32,000 nt of DNA from Cupriavidus necator (lineage in GTDB: Bacteria; Pseudomonadota; Gammaproteobacteria; Burkholderiales; Burkholderiaceae), in assembly GCF_016127575.1 (NCBI RefSeq), contig NZ_CP066018.1:30001-62000 (forward strand), given 5' to 3'. Below, piece after piece: positions 9,781 through 18,600 of the stretch (position 1 is the stretch's first letter; each line of letters begins with the position of its first letter). A program made the position numbers and the translations under genes. Below the pieces are notes generated by a model that saw nothing but the letters and a program-made list of their open reading frames with translations, was not told the origin of the DNA and did no database searches.

Positions 9781-10689
9781 TCAGCGCGCCTGCGCGAACA
9801 AGACCGCCAGCGCGTCGCCGATGCGCTCGGCCATCAGCTCGGCAGCGGCGCTGAGCGGGCCGCGAGCGCGCGCCACCAGCGTCAGCGTCTGGCCCTGCAG
9901 GTGGCGGTCGCGCAGTGGCACGTAGACCAGCGCCTGGCGGGCGCGCTCTTCCATCACATCGAGCGGGTTCAGCAGCGCGATGCCGGTGCCCAGCATCACC
10001 AGTTGCCGGATCAGCGCGGTCGAGGTGGACTCCGCCACCGGCGAGACCTCGATCGCATTGCGGGCAAAGGCCGCATCCAGGATGGCGCGGATCGACAGCG
10101 AGGGCGCCGGCAGGATCAGCGGATAGCCGACGCATTCGCTCAGCAGCGCCGATTGCCGGGCCGCCAGCGCATGGCCCGGCGGCACCACCGCGCCGATCTG
10201 CCAGTCGCTGGTGGCCAGCGCGCGGAAGGCGGGCAGCTCAGGCAGGTCATAGCCAAGGCCCAGGTCGGCGTCGCCCTGCCCCACCGCCGTGGTGATATCG
10301 GCCACCGGCAGGTCGGCGACGCGCACCACGATGCCCGGGTAGCGCTGGCGGAAGTCATGCACCAGCGACGGCATCAGCGAGCCCGCCAGGCCGGCCGTGA
10401 CCGCCACGGTGACCTCGCCGCGGCGCGCGCCCTTGAAGTCCTCGATGCGCTCGCGCAGCGCGTCGTGCTCGCGCAGCGTCTGGCGCACGTGGGCCAGCAC
10501 CATCTCGCCCAGCGGCGTCAGCCGCAGCCGCTTGTTGATGCGCTCGAACAGCGGCGCGCCCAGTTCCGCCTCCAGGTCCAGGATCTGGCGGTTGACCGCG
10601 GTCGGCGCCACATGCAGGTGCTCGGCCGCCTTGCGGATCGAACCGCGGCGGACGACCTCGTCGAGATAGCGCAGGACTCTGGCGTGCAT
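9781..10689 (-). CDS. LysR-family transcriptional regulator
   Basis: MHARVLRYLDEVVRRGSIRKAAEHLHVAPTAVNRQILDLEAELGAPLFERINKRLRLTPLGE is the canonical LysR N-terminal HTH, followed by a substrate-binding domain. The internal ATG (CAT at 10687-10689) was chosen over the TTG-initiated 331-aa track ORF. Confidence 0.9.
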   Translation of the reverse strand: MHARVLRYLDEVVRRGSIRKAAEHLHVAPTAVNRQILDLEAELGAPLFERINKRLRLTPLGEMVLAHVRQTLREHDALRERIEDFKGARRGEVTVAVTAGLAGSLMPSLVHDFRQRYPGIVVRVADLPVADITTAVGQGDADLGLGYDLPELPAFRALATSDWQIGAVVPPGHALAARQSALLSECVGYPLILPAPSLSIRAILDAAFARNAIEVSPVAESTSTALIRQLVMLGTGIALLNPLDVMEERARQALVYVPLRDRHLQGQTLTLVARARGPLSAAAELMAERIGDALAVLFAQAR

Positions 10690-10793
10690 GGACTGGGCAA
10701 GCAGTTGGATAGTAACCACCGCGCGGGACGCGCGCGGTGGCTGGCATTGTAGCGGCCAGTGCAGCCTGGCTCGCAAAAATTGCGCGAAGGCTA

Positions 10794-10822
10794 TTGCGTC
10801 TTATCAGATACCTTGCTAAAAT
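10794..10822 (+). promoter_or_regulatory. sigma70-type promoter of tRNA-Lys copy 2
   Basis: TTGCGT (10794-10799), a 17-nt spacer, then TAAAAT (10817-10822). The geometry relative to the tRNA is the same as in copy 1. Confidence 0.5.
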
Positions 10823-10835
10823 CTTTTTCTTCGTT

Positions 10836-10911
10836 GGGGCGTTAGCTCAGTTGGTAGAGCAGCGGACTCTTAATCCGTAGGTCGAGTGTTCGAGTCACTC
10901 ACGCCCCACCA
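10836..10911 (+). tRNA. tRNA-Lys (anticodon CUU), copy 2, identical to copy 1
   Basis: The 76-nt sequence is identical base for base to 8067-8142 by visual alignment. Confidence 0.93.
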
Positions 10912-10926
10912 GCGAATTCAGGAAAA

Positions 10927-10953
10927 GCCGGAAGCCTTGCTTCCGGCTTTTTT
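10927..10953 (+). terminator. Rho-independent terminator of tRNA-Lys copy 2
   Basis: GCCGGAAGC-CTT-GCTTCCGGC followed by TTTTTT. Confidence 0.8.
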
Positions 10954-11252
10954 CATTTCCGCCGCGCTGCTTTGCGCGCGCGGTCGGCATGGCTGCCGGT
11001 TTCTTGATACGCGGGTTCTCACCAATTCCCCTGCGCCCGCTTTCCCGGTTGAATCGCATCCGCGCACATTGTGGAACATGGTTCCGTATCGCGGAACTAT
11101 CGCAAGGTGCCGGCCGTCGCCGCATCCCGGCACGGCCCGGTCATGCCAGCGCGGGGAACCGTGACAGCGCGGGGCGCAGACGAAAGGTCTGGGTCCGAAG
11201 AAACGCCTGCAGCCCGCCTGGCGAATCAGTGAAAGAAGAACGGAGGCACTCC

Positions 11253-12230
11253 TTGAAAGCAGTTATCAGCGCCGGCGCAGCCGCCTGCATCGCGGCCCTT
11301 GGCCTGGCCCACGGCCTGGCCCAAGCCCAGTCCTACCCCAACAAGCCGATCCGCCTGATCGTTCCGTTCGCGGCCGGCGGCACCACCGACATCGTTGCGC
11401 GCGCGGTCTCCGACGGCCTTGGCCGCGAGCTGGGCCAGCCGGTGGTGGTGGAAAACCGCGGCGGCGGCGGCGGCGCGATCGGCGCCGACGCGCTCGCCAA
11501 GTCCGCCCCGGACGGCTACACGCTGGGCATCGCCACCGTCAGCACGATGGCGACCAACCCCGCCACCAACCCCAAGAACCCGTACGACCCGCTCAAGGAC
11601 TTCGCGCCGATCACCAACCTGGTCAACGTGCCGAACGTGCTGACGGTCAACCCGAAGGTGCCGGCCAAGACCCTTAAGGAGTTCGTCGCGATGCTGCAGG
11701 CCAGCCCCGGCAAGTACAGCTACGCCTCGGCCGGCAAGGGCAGCATCTCGCACCTGGACGGCGAGCTGTTCAAGGACATCACCAAGACCGACATGGTCCA
11801 TATCCCCTACCGCGGATCGGGCCCTGCGCTGAACGACACGCTGGCCGGCCAGGTCAACGCGCAGTTCGACAACCTGCCGTCGTCGATGCCGCATATCCAG
11901 GTCGGCAAGCTGCGCGCGCTGGCAGTGGCGGCGCCCAAGCGGGTCGAGGGCCTGCCAGACGTGCCGACCTTTGCCGAAGCCGGCATGAAGGACATGAACA
12001 ACATGGCCTGGTACGGCCTGGTGGCCCCGGCCGGCACGCCGGCGGCAATCATCACGCGCGTGCATGATGCCGCGGTCAAGGCGCTGCAGGACCCCAACGT
12101 CAAGCGCCGCCTGGCCGACAGCGGTGCCTACACCGACGGCAACACCCCGGCGCAGTACGCCGCCCAGATCAAGCGCGAGCTGGACCTGCGCAAGAAGATC
12201 GCACGCGACCAGAACATCACACTGGAATAA
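11253..12230 (+). CDS. Bug-family / TctC-type tripartite tricarboxylate transporter periplasmic substrate-binding protein (orphan receptor)
   Basis: Signal peptide (M)KAVISAGAAACIAALGLAHGLAQA, then QSYPNKPIRLIVPFAAGGTTDIVARA...PDGYTLG...PYRGSGPALNDTLAGQV is the Bug hallmark. A TTG start at 11253 sits 6 nt after GGAGG (11242-11246); there is no in-frame ATG near the signal peptide. Confidence 0.87.
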   Translation: MKAVISAGAAACIAALGLAHGLAQAQSYPNKPIRLIVPFAAGGTTDIVARAVSDGLGRELGQPVVVENRGGGGGAIGADALAKSAPDGYTLGIATVSTMATNPATNPKNPYDPLKDFAPITNLVNVPNVLTVNPKVPAKTLKEFVAMLQASPGKYSYASAGKGSISHLDGELFKDITKTDMVHIPYRGSGPALNDTLAGQVNAQFDNLPSSMPHIQVGKLRALAVAAPKRVEGLPDVPTFAEAGMKDMNNMAWYGLVAPAGTPAAIITRVHDAAVKALQDPNVKRRLADSGAYTDGNTPAQYAAQIKRELDLRKKIARDQNITLE

Positions 12231-12263
12231 CCGGACGGCGAAACCGTCCCGCGAGGGGTCATG

Positions 12264-12293
12264 ACCGGCTGCCACCTGGCAGCCGGTTTTTTT
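12264..12293 (+). terminator. Rho-independent terminator after the Bug-family gene
   Basis: ACCGGCTGCC-ACCT-GGCAGCCGGT (10-bp stem) followed by a T7 run. Confidence 0.85.
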
Positions 12294-12549
12294 ATGGCTG
12301 CCAGTTGAAAATGTGCCATCAGTCACCCACATCTGCCCCAGAATCGTTGCATTTGATCCGGCGCAGTACGCAGGCAACGCCATCGGTATTCAATACTTGT
12401 AGAAGAAACTTTCACTTTGCGGACAAGCGCTGACTCGGTACATTAACCGGGTGTTCCGCCACATGTGCCCAGCCGCCACCGGCCAGGCTCGGCCCCAAAA
12501 CCGGATTCGCGCAGGCGCTGCGCGACCGTCAATCGCGAGGATAAGCAAG

Positions 12550-12909
12550 ATGCTGAAGAAGACCGTTTCGACCCTGATCGTTGCAGCACTGGCCGCGCTG
12601 GGCGCGACGCAGGTCTATGCGCAGAAGAACTACACCGAAGGCGGCGATCTCTACGGTGGCAGCCACACCAAGAAGGCCAGCCCGAACCAGAACCCCGCCA
12701 AATCCGGCAAGTTCGACCCGTACACCGATGGCGCCAAGCAATCGACCAAGTCGGACCTGACCAACTCGGGCAAGAAGTTCGACCCGAACACGGATGGCGC
12801 CAAGGCCGGCAAGTTCGATCCGTACACCGACGGCGCCAAGGCCGGCAAGGCTGATCCGTACACCGACGGCGCCAAGGCGCCTGCCAGCCAGGGCGGCAAG
12901 GCGCAGTAA
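12550..12909 (+). CDS. Small secreted Lys/Gly/Asp-rich protein with tandem (G)KFDPYTDGAK repeats (unknown function)
   Basis: 119 aa. Signal peptide MLKKTVSTLIVAALAALGATQVYA-Q. The mature part contains GKFDPYTDGAK, GKKFDPNTDGAK, GKFDPYTDGAK and GKADPYTDGAK. GAGGA lies upstream of the ATG at 12550, and a terminator follows. Confidence 0.7.
   Translation: MLKKTVSTLIVAALAALGATQVYAQKNYTEGGDLYGGSHTKKASPNQNPAKSGKFDPYTDGAKQSTKSDLTNSGKKFDPNTDGAKAGKFDPYTDGAKAGKADPYTDGAKAPASQGGKAQ
12706..12879 (+). repeat. Coding tandem repeats (36-39 nt units) inside the small secreted protein gene
   Basis: GGCAAG(AAG)TTCGAYCCGWACACSGAYGGCGCCAAG units begin at 12706, 12769, 12808 and 12844. The last three are contiguous. 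Confidence 0.8.
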
Positions 12910-12932
12910 GCCTGCCCCGGCGGCACCAAGGC

Positions 12933-12965
12933 AAACAGCCCGCTTGCGCGGGCTGTTTTGCTTTC
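12933..12965. terminator. Rho-independent terminator between convergent genes
   Basis: AAACAGCCCGC-TTGC-GCGGGCTGTTT followed by TGCTTTC. The A-run on the other side allows bidirectional use. Confidence 0.75.
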
Positions 12966-12980
12966 TGGCGGAAGCCGCGC

Positions 12981-14498
12981 TCAGGCTGCCATCGCCTGGG
13001 CCGGCTGCGCGGGCAGCATGGTGCCGCGGTCGCGGAAGCCGACATGCCAGGACAGCGCCTCTTCCAGCAGGTGCGGGGTCTGGCCGCCATGGGTGCTGGC
13101 GCGCCGGAAGTAGTCGCCCAGCAGCTCGCGGTATTGCGGGTCGGCACAGTTGTCGATGACCGTGCGCGCGCGTTCGCGCGGCGCCAGGCCGCGCAGGTCG
13201 GCCAGGCCGTGCTCGGTGACGATGATGTCGACGTCGTGCTCGGTATGGTCCACGTGCGCCACCATCGGCACGATGCTGGAGGCATCGCCGTCCTTGGCCA
13301 CCGACTTGGTCACGAATACCGACAGGTGCGCATTGCGCGCAAAATCGCCGGAGCCACCGATGCCGTTCATCATGTGCGTGCCCCCCACATGCGTGGAGTT
13401 GACGTTGCCGTAAATGTCGCACTCGAGCGCCGTGTTGATGGTAATCAGCCCGAGCCGGCGCAGGATCTCAGGATGGTTGCTGATCTCCTGCGGACGCAGC
13501 AGCAGGCGCGAGCGATAGCGGTCCAGGTTGGACAGGAAGCGCTGGTACACCTCGCGCGTCAGCGTCACCGAAGAGGCCGAGGCAAACGCCAGGCGCCCCG
13601 CATCCAGAAGTTCGATGGTGCTGTCCTGCAGCACCTCGGAATACATCTGCAAGTCGCGGAACGGTGAATCGACCATGCCGTGCAACACCGCGTTGGCAAT
13701 GGTGCCAATGCCCGCCTGCAGCGGCTGCAGCGAGGGCGAGAGCCTGCCGGCGCGGACTTCGCGCAGCAGGAAATCGTTGAGATGGCCGGCGATATTGCGG
13801 GTATCGGCATCCGGCGGCAGCGCGTTGGACGGGCTATCGTCCTTGGCGGTGATGACGATGGCCGCGATCTTCTCGGGATCGATGGGGATATACGGCAGGC
13901 GAATGCGCTGCTCGGGCGCAATCAGCGGGATCGGCTGGCGGTACGGGCGCCGCACCGGGAAGTAGATGTCGTGCAGCCCTTCCAGCTCCAGCGGCATGTT
14001 CAGGTTGATCTCGACGATCACCTTGCGCGCCAGTATGGCGAAGCTGGCCGAGTTGCCGACCGAGGTGCTGGGGATGATGCCGCCCTGCTCGGTGATCGCC
14101 ACCGCTTCCACCACGGCAACGTCCACCGGTGCGATCTGGCCGGAACGCAGTTGCTCCACGGTCTCGGACAGGTGCTGGTCGATGAACATCACTTCGCCTG
14201 CGTTGATCTTGCGGCGCAGCGTCGCGTCGGACTGGAACGGCAGGCGGCGCGCAATCACGTCCGCCTCGGCGAGTACCCGATCGATGTCGTTTCCCAGCGA
14301 CGCGCCGGTCATCAGGGTGATGCGCAGAGGCTCGGTGGCCGCGCGCCGCGCCAGCGCAAACGGGACTTCCTTGCAGTCGCCCGCGCGCGTGAAACCGCTC
14401 ATGCCTACCGTCATGCCATCGCGGATCAGCGCGGCGGCTTCGTCGGCCGAGACTACCTTGTCGTGCAGCCTGGCCAGGCGAATGCGTTCCTTGTACAT
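12981..14498 (-). CDS. Acetyl-CoA hydrolase/transferase family enzyme, succinate/propionyl-CoA CoA-transferase-like (YgfH/ScpC-type)
   Basis: 505 aa. MYKERIRLARLHDKVVSADEAAALIRDGMTVGMSGFT...LLRPQEISNHPEILRRLGLITINTALECDIYGNVNSTHVGGTHMMNGIGGSGDFARNAHLSVF...IIVTEHGLADLRGLAPRERA is collinear with E. coli YgfH from memory. ATG at 14498 with GGAGAT upstream. Confidence 0.9.
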   Translation of the reverse strand: MYKERIRLARLHDKVVSADEAAALIRDGMTVGMSGFTRAGDCKEVPFALARRAATEPLRITLMTGASLGNDIDRVLAEADVIARRLPFQSDATLRRKINAGEVMFIDQHLSETVEQLRSGQIAPVDVAVVEAVAITEQGGIIPSTSVGNSASFAILARKVIVEINLNMPLELEGLHDIYFPVRRPYRQPIPLIAPEQRIRLPYIPIDPEKIAAIVITAKDDSPSNALPPDADTRNIAGHLNDFLLREVRAGRLSPSLQPLQAGIGTIANAVLHGMVDSPFRDLQMYSEVLQDSTIELLDAGRLAFASASSVTLTREVYQRFLSNLDRYRSRLLLRPQEISNHPEILRRLGLITINTALECDIYGNVNSTHVGGTHMMNGIGGSGDFARNAHLSVFVTKSVAKDGDASSIVPMVAHVDHTEHDVDIIVTEHGLADLRGLAPRERARTVIDNCADPQYRELLGDYFRRASTHGGQTPHLLEEALSWHVGFRDRGTMLPAQPAQAMAA

Positions 14499-14688
14499 CC
14501 TTATCTCCGGTCTGGCGGCCGGGCCCGTGCCCGCGCCGCGCGCCCCTGCTGGCCTGAAGGCTCGTTGGCGGGGTCTCCGGCAGGCAGTGTAGCCAGCCGC
14601 ATACATTCTGGCTGTGATTTAAAGTCATGGCTCCCAGTCGCTTTATTCATAGCTCAAGCCATGCCAGGGGTCGTGCGGGATACTATGT

Positions 14689-14706
14689 CCCTGTGGTGCC
14701 ACAGGG
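14689..14706. promoter_or_regulatory. Perfect palindrome CCCTGTGG-TG-CCACAGGG in the divergent CoA-transferase / MarR-like intergenic region (candidate operator)
   Basis: Seen directly: 8-bp arms within a comparatively AT-rich 394-bp divergent promoter region. Confidence 0.3.
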
Positions 14707-14892
14707 CATTCCCGACCTGTCACAATTCCGGCAAAAGATTCTGGTAGTGTCTGGCCCATCGGTCGACCGTGCCCCGCCAGAGAGGCTGCGGCGCCCGTGC
14801 CGCCCGGGCCGGCCATGCTCCGGCCCCTGGTACCCGCGCGACGGATGCCAGCGCATCGCAGTGGCGGCAAACCAAAACAGGAGACGCCATTC

Positions 14893-15447
14893 ATGCAGCC
14901 AAGACCCCTCGAACCCAGCGAGCCGGTTGTCCTTGCCCTGGTTGATGCCGTAACCGCCTGGCAAGGTGCGTTGGAACAGACGCTATGCGCCTCTGGCCTG
15001 AACTACTCCCAGTGGCTGCTGCTGCGGGCCATCCGCCAGGATGCCTTCGTGCGCGGCTCGCCATTGACGGGCCCGATGCCGATCGATGTCGAGCGTTCCG
15101 AGACGATGCTGGATGAACTGCGGCGCGACGGCTGGATCGAGTACGCCGGCACTCAGGCGCCCCGCATTGCAGAAAGCGCAGCCAACCGGCTGCAGCGCAC
15201 CGCCCAGGCCCTCAGCGCGCTGCACAGCGTGTCAGTGGCGGCGTTCAGTTCGCAAGAGCGCGCTGCGCTGGGCACCCTGCTGGAGCGGATGAAGACCACG
15301 CTGAGCGACCACACCACTCGCCAGGTTCGCGCGGGCACCGAAGCCGCCCGGCAGGAAAAAGCTGTCGCGCCCTCGCATTGCCCCGGCCTGCCGCCGGTCG
15401 CACACCGCCCCACCTCTTGCCCCACCCTCGCCGCCACGCGCCTCTGA
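14893..15447 (+). CDS. Divergent MarR-like winged-helix protein (weak call)
   Basis: 184 aa. ATG at 14893 preceded by AGGAGA. GLNYSQWLLLRAIRQD...MLDELRRDGWIEY...RLQRTAQAL resembles a MarR scaffold, but the recognition helix and wing are atypical. The tail is Pro/Cys-containing and low complexity. Confidence 0.5.
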   Translation: MQPRPLEPSEPVVLALVDAVTAWQGALEQTLCASGLNYSQWLLLRAIRQDAFVRGSPLTGPMPIDVERSETMLDELRRDGWIEYAGTQAPRIAESAANRLQRTAQALSALHSVSVAAFSSQERAALGTLLERMKTTLSDHTTRQVRAGTEAARQEKAVAPSHCPGLPPVAHRPTSCPTLAATRL

Positions 15448-15617
15448 GCGCCGCGCAAGCCGTCCCGCGGGCAGCAGCGGGAGGCCGCCCACCTTTTCTT
15501 CGCGCGCCATCGTCATACCCGCCACTTTTCTTGCGCCGGGCATGCGGATTTTTCCTAAAGTATGAGCATGCCCCGGCACATGCCGCGGGCCGCCCGTCGA
15601 CACCGCGAGGAGGGATC

Positions 15618-18600
15618 ATGCCGCAGGAGAACGAAGACAAGGTCGCGCACCTGCTGGACGAACTGGCCAGCTTCGCGCGCGAGCGGCTGCCGGCGGCGAT
15701 GTTCGCCGTGGTCGAGCCCTTCCTGCTGCACTACTACGATCAGGCCGACGCCGAGGACTTGCTCCAGCGCGACGTCGACGATCTCTACGGCGCCGTGATG
15801 GCGCACTGGCAGACCGCACAGAAATTCACCCCCGGCAATGCGCGCATCCGCGTCTACAATCCCAACCTGGAAGAGCACGGCTGGCACTCGGACCACACCG
15901 TGGTCGAGATCGTCAATGACGACATGCCCTTCCTGGTCGACTCGGTGACGATGGAGATCAACCGGCAGGGACTGGCGCTGCACTCGGCCATCCATCCCGT
16001 GTTCCGGGTCTGGCGCGACGCGCGCGGCGGCATCGAGCGGATCGCCCCGGGCGGCGCCGGCGAGGCCGGGGACAGCTCGCGCCTGGAATCCTTTATCCAT
16101 TTCGAGATCGACCGCAGCGGCGAGGCCGCGCGGCTGGAGGCGCTGCGCAGCGGCATTGCGCAGGTGCTGGTCGACGTGCGCGCGGCGGTGGAAGACTGGT
16201 CGAAGATGTGCGGCATCACCCAGGCCACCATCGCCGCCATGGCGCAGGCGCCCGACGCGGCCGCGCCGGAGAGCGTCGAGGCGCGCGCCTTCCTGGACTG
16301 GATGATGGATGACCACTTCTCCTTCCTCGGCCAGCGTGACTACCAGCTGGTGTCGCAGGACGGCCGCTACTTCCTGCGCGGCGTGCCGGGCTCGGGCGCG
16401 GGCATCCTGCGCGAAAGCCTGCGCGAGCCTGATGCCGAAGATCTCACGCTGCTGCCCGCCGCGGCCACCGCGATCATCGAAGGGGCCTCGCCGATCTTCC
16501 TGACCAAGGCCAATTCGCGCGCCACCGTGCACCGCCCGGGCTATCTCGACTATGTCGGCGTCAAGCTGCTCGATGAAAAGGGGCAGCTGTTCGGCGAGCG
16601 GCGCTTTGTCGGCCTGTACACCTCGACTGCCTATACGGCGCCGATTGCGGAAATTCCGCTGGTGCGGCTCAAGTGCGCCAATATCCTGGCGCGCGCGGGC
16701 TTCCTGGCCAAGGGGCACCTTTACAAGTCGCTGGTGACCATCCTTGAGCAATATCCGCGCGATGAACTGTTCCAGGCCACCGAGGATGAACTGTTCGACA
16801 TCACCACCGGCATCCTGCGGCTGCAGGAACACCAGCGCACCCGGCTCTTTGTACGGCGCGACCGCTTCGACCGCTTTGTCTCGTGCCTGGTGTTCGTGCC
16901 GCGCGACAAGTACAACACCGACCTGCGCCAGAAGATCCAGAGGCTGCTGACCGCGGCCTTCCACGGCACCAGCTGCGAGTTCACGCCGCTGCTGTCCGAG
17001 TCGCCGCTGGCGCGCATCCAGCTGACCGTGCGCGGCGAGCCCGGCACCATGCCGCATGTTGATACGCGTGAGCTGGAGGCGCGCATCGTGCACGCCAGCC
17101 GCCGCTGGCAGGACGATCTCGCCGAAGCCCTGCATGAAAGCCACGGCGAAGAGCAAGGCAACCGGCTGCTGCAGCGCTACGGCGGCTCGTTCCCCGCCGG
17201 CTACCGTGAGGACTACCCGGCCCGCACCGCGGTGCGCGATATCGAGCTGATGGAGCACGCGCTGCGCGGCAACGGCATGGCGATGAACCTGTACCGGCCG
17301 ATCGAGGCCGCGCCGGGGGTGTTCCGCTTCAAGGTGTACCGTGCCGGCGAGCCGATCGCGCTGTCGCACAGCCTGCCCATGCTGGAACACCTGGGCGTGC
17401 GCGTGGATGAAGAGCGCCCCTACCTGATCGAACCCGACAGCGGCGCGCCGGTATGGGTGCACGACTTCGGGCTGGAGATTGCCGACAGCGGCGGCGCGGC
17501 GGAATTCGACATCGCGCGCGTCAAGGCCTTGTTCGAGGATGCGTTCGCGCGCGCCTGGCACGGCGAGATCGAGAACGACGACTTCAACCGCCTGGTGCTG
17601 CGCGCCGAGCTGGCCGCACGCGACGTCACCATCCTGCGCGCCTATGCCCGCTACCTGCGCCAGGTAGGCTCGACCTTCAGCGACGCCTATATCGAGCGCG
17701 CGCTGACCGGCAACGCGGCCATTGCCGCCATGCTGGTCGGCCTGTTCGTGGCGCGCTTCGACACCTTCAGCGAGGTCGCCACCGACACCGCCCGCCAGGC
17801 GCGCTGCGACAAGCTGCTGGCCGATATCGGCGCGGCGCTGGACAAGGTGCCCAACCTGGACGAGGACCGCATCCTGCGGCTTTTCCTGGGCGTGATCAAC
17901 GCCACCGTGCGCACCAACTATTTCCACCGCGGCGAGGAAGGCCAGCCGCGCCCATATGTGTCGTTCAAGTTCAATCCCGCGCTGGTCCCCGGCCTGCCCG
18001 AGCCGCGCCCGATGTTCGAGATCTGGGTCTACTCGCCGCGCGTTGAGGGCGTGCACCTGCGCGGCGGGCGCGTGGCCCGCGGCGGACTGCGCTGGTCAGA
18101 CCGGCGCGAGGACTTCCGCACTGAAGTGCTGGGCCTGATGAAGGCGCAGATGGTCAAGAACACGGTGATCGTGCCGGTGGGCTCCAAGGGCGGCTTCGTG
18201 GTCAAGCGCCCGCCCCCGCCCACCGACCGCGATGCGTTCCTGCAGGAGGGCATCGCCTGCTACCAGACCTTCCTGCGCGGGCTGCTGGACCTCACCGACA
18301 ACCTCGTCGGCGGCCAGCTGGTGCCGCCACCCGAGGTGGTGCGCCACGACGACAACGACCCCTACCTGGTGGTCGCCGCCGACAAGGGCACCGCGACGTT
18401 CTCCGACTTCGCCAACGCGATCTCGGCCGAATACGGCTTCTGGCTGGGCGATGCCTTTGCGTCCGGGGGCTCGGTCGGCTATGACCACAAGAAGATGGGC
18501 ATTACCGCGCGCGGTGCGTGGGAATCGGTCAAGCGGCATTTCCGCGAGATGGGTGTCGATATCCAGACCACGGACTTCACCGTGGCCGGCATCGGCGACA

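Noticed and set aside
10989-11252. Upstream extension of the Bug-family ORF, and small ORFs at 10886-11164 on both strands
   Set aside because: The extension has no protein-like features. The signal peptide and SD define a TTG start at 11253. The other ORFs overlap each other in an intergenic region without SDs.
12706-12879. Regularly spaced ~36-nt direct repeats that could superficially suggest a CRISPR-like array
   Set aside because: The repeats are contiguous with no spacers, are in frame inside an ORF with a signal peptide, and encode the same peptide motif. They are coding tandem repeats, not CRISPR.
12443-13422. 280- and 297-aa minus-strand ORFs overlapping the repeat-protein gene and the CoA-transferase 3' end
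   Set aside because: These are Arg/Pro/Ala/Trp-rich shadow frames that cross a strong terminator and two well-supported genes.
15530-15600. Possible sigma54 (-24/-12) promoter (CGGCACATGCCGCGG) and imperfect inverted repeat CCGGGCATGC...GCATGCCCCGG upstream of gdhB
   Set aside because: The GG-N10-GC spacing is not satisfied and the TTGC -12 element is absent. The inverted repeat is imperfect with a 20-nt loop. This is not enough to call.
15555-18056. 833-aa minus-strand ORF (and the 403-aa ORF at 18750-19961) antisense to the NAD-glutamate dehydrogenase gene
   Set aside because: The composition is dominated by Arg/Ala/Gly/His/Val/Gln runs typical of the antisense frame of a high-GC gene. 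There is no SD or promoter, and the sense frame has unmistakable GdhB homology. Stop-poor shadow frames are expected at this GC content.
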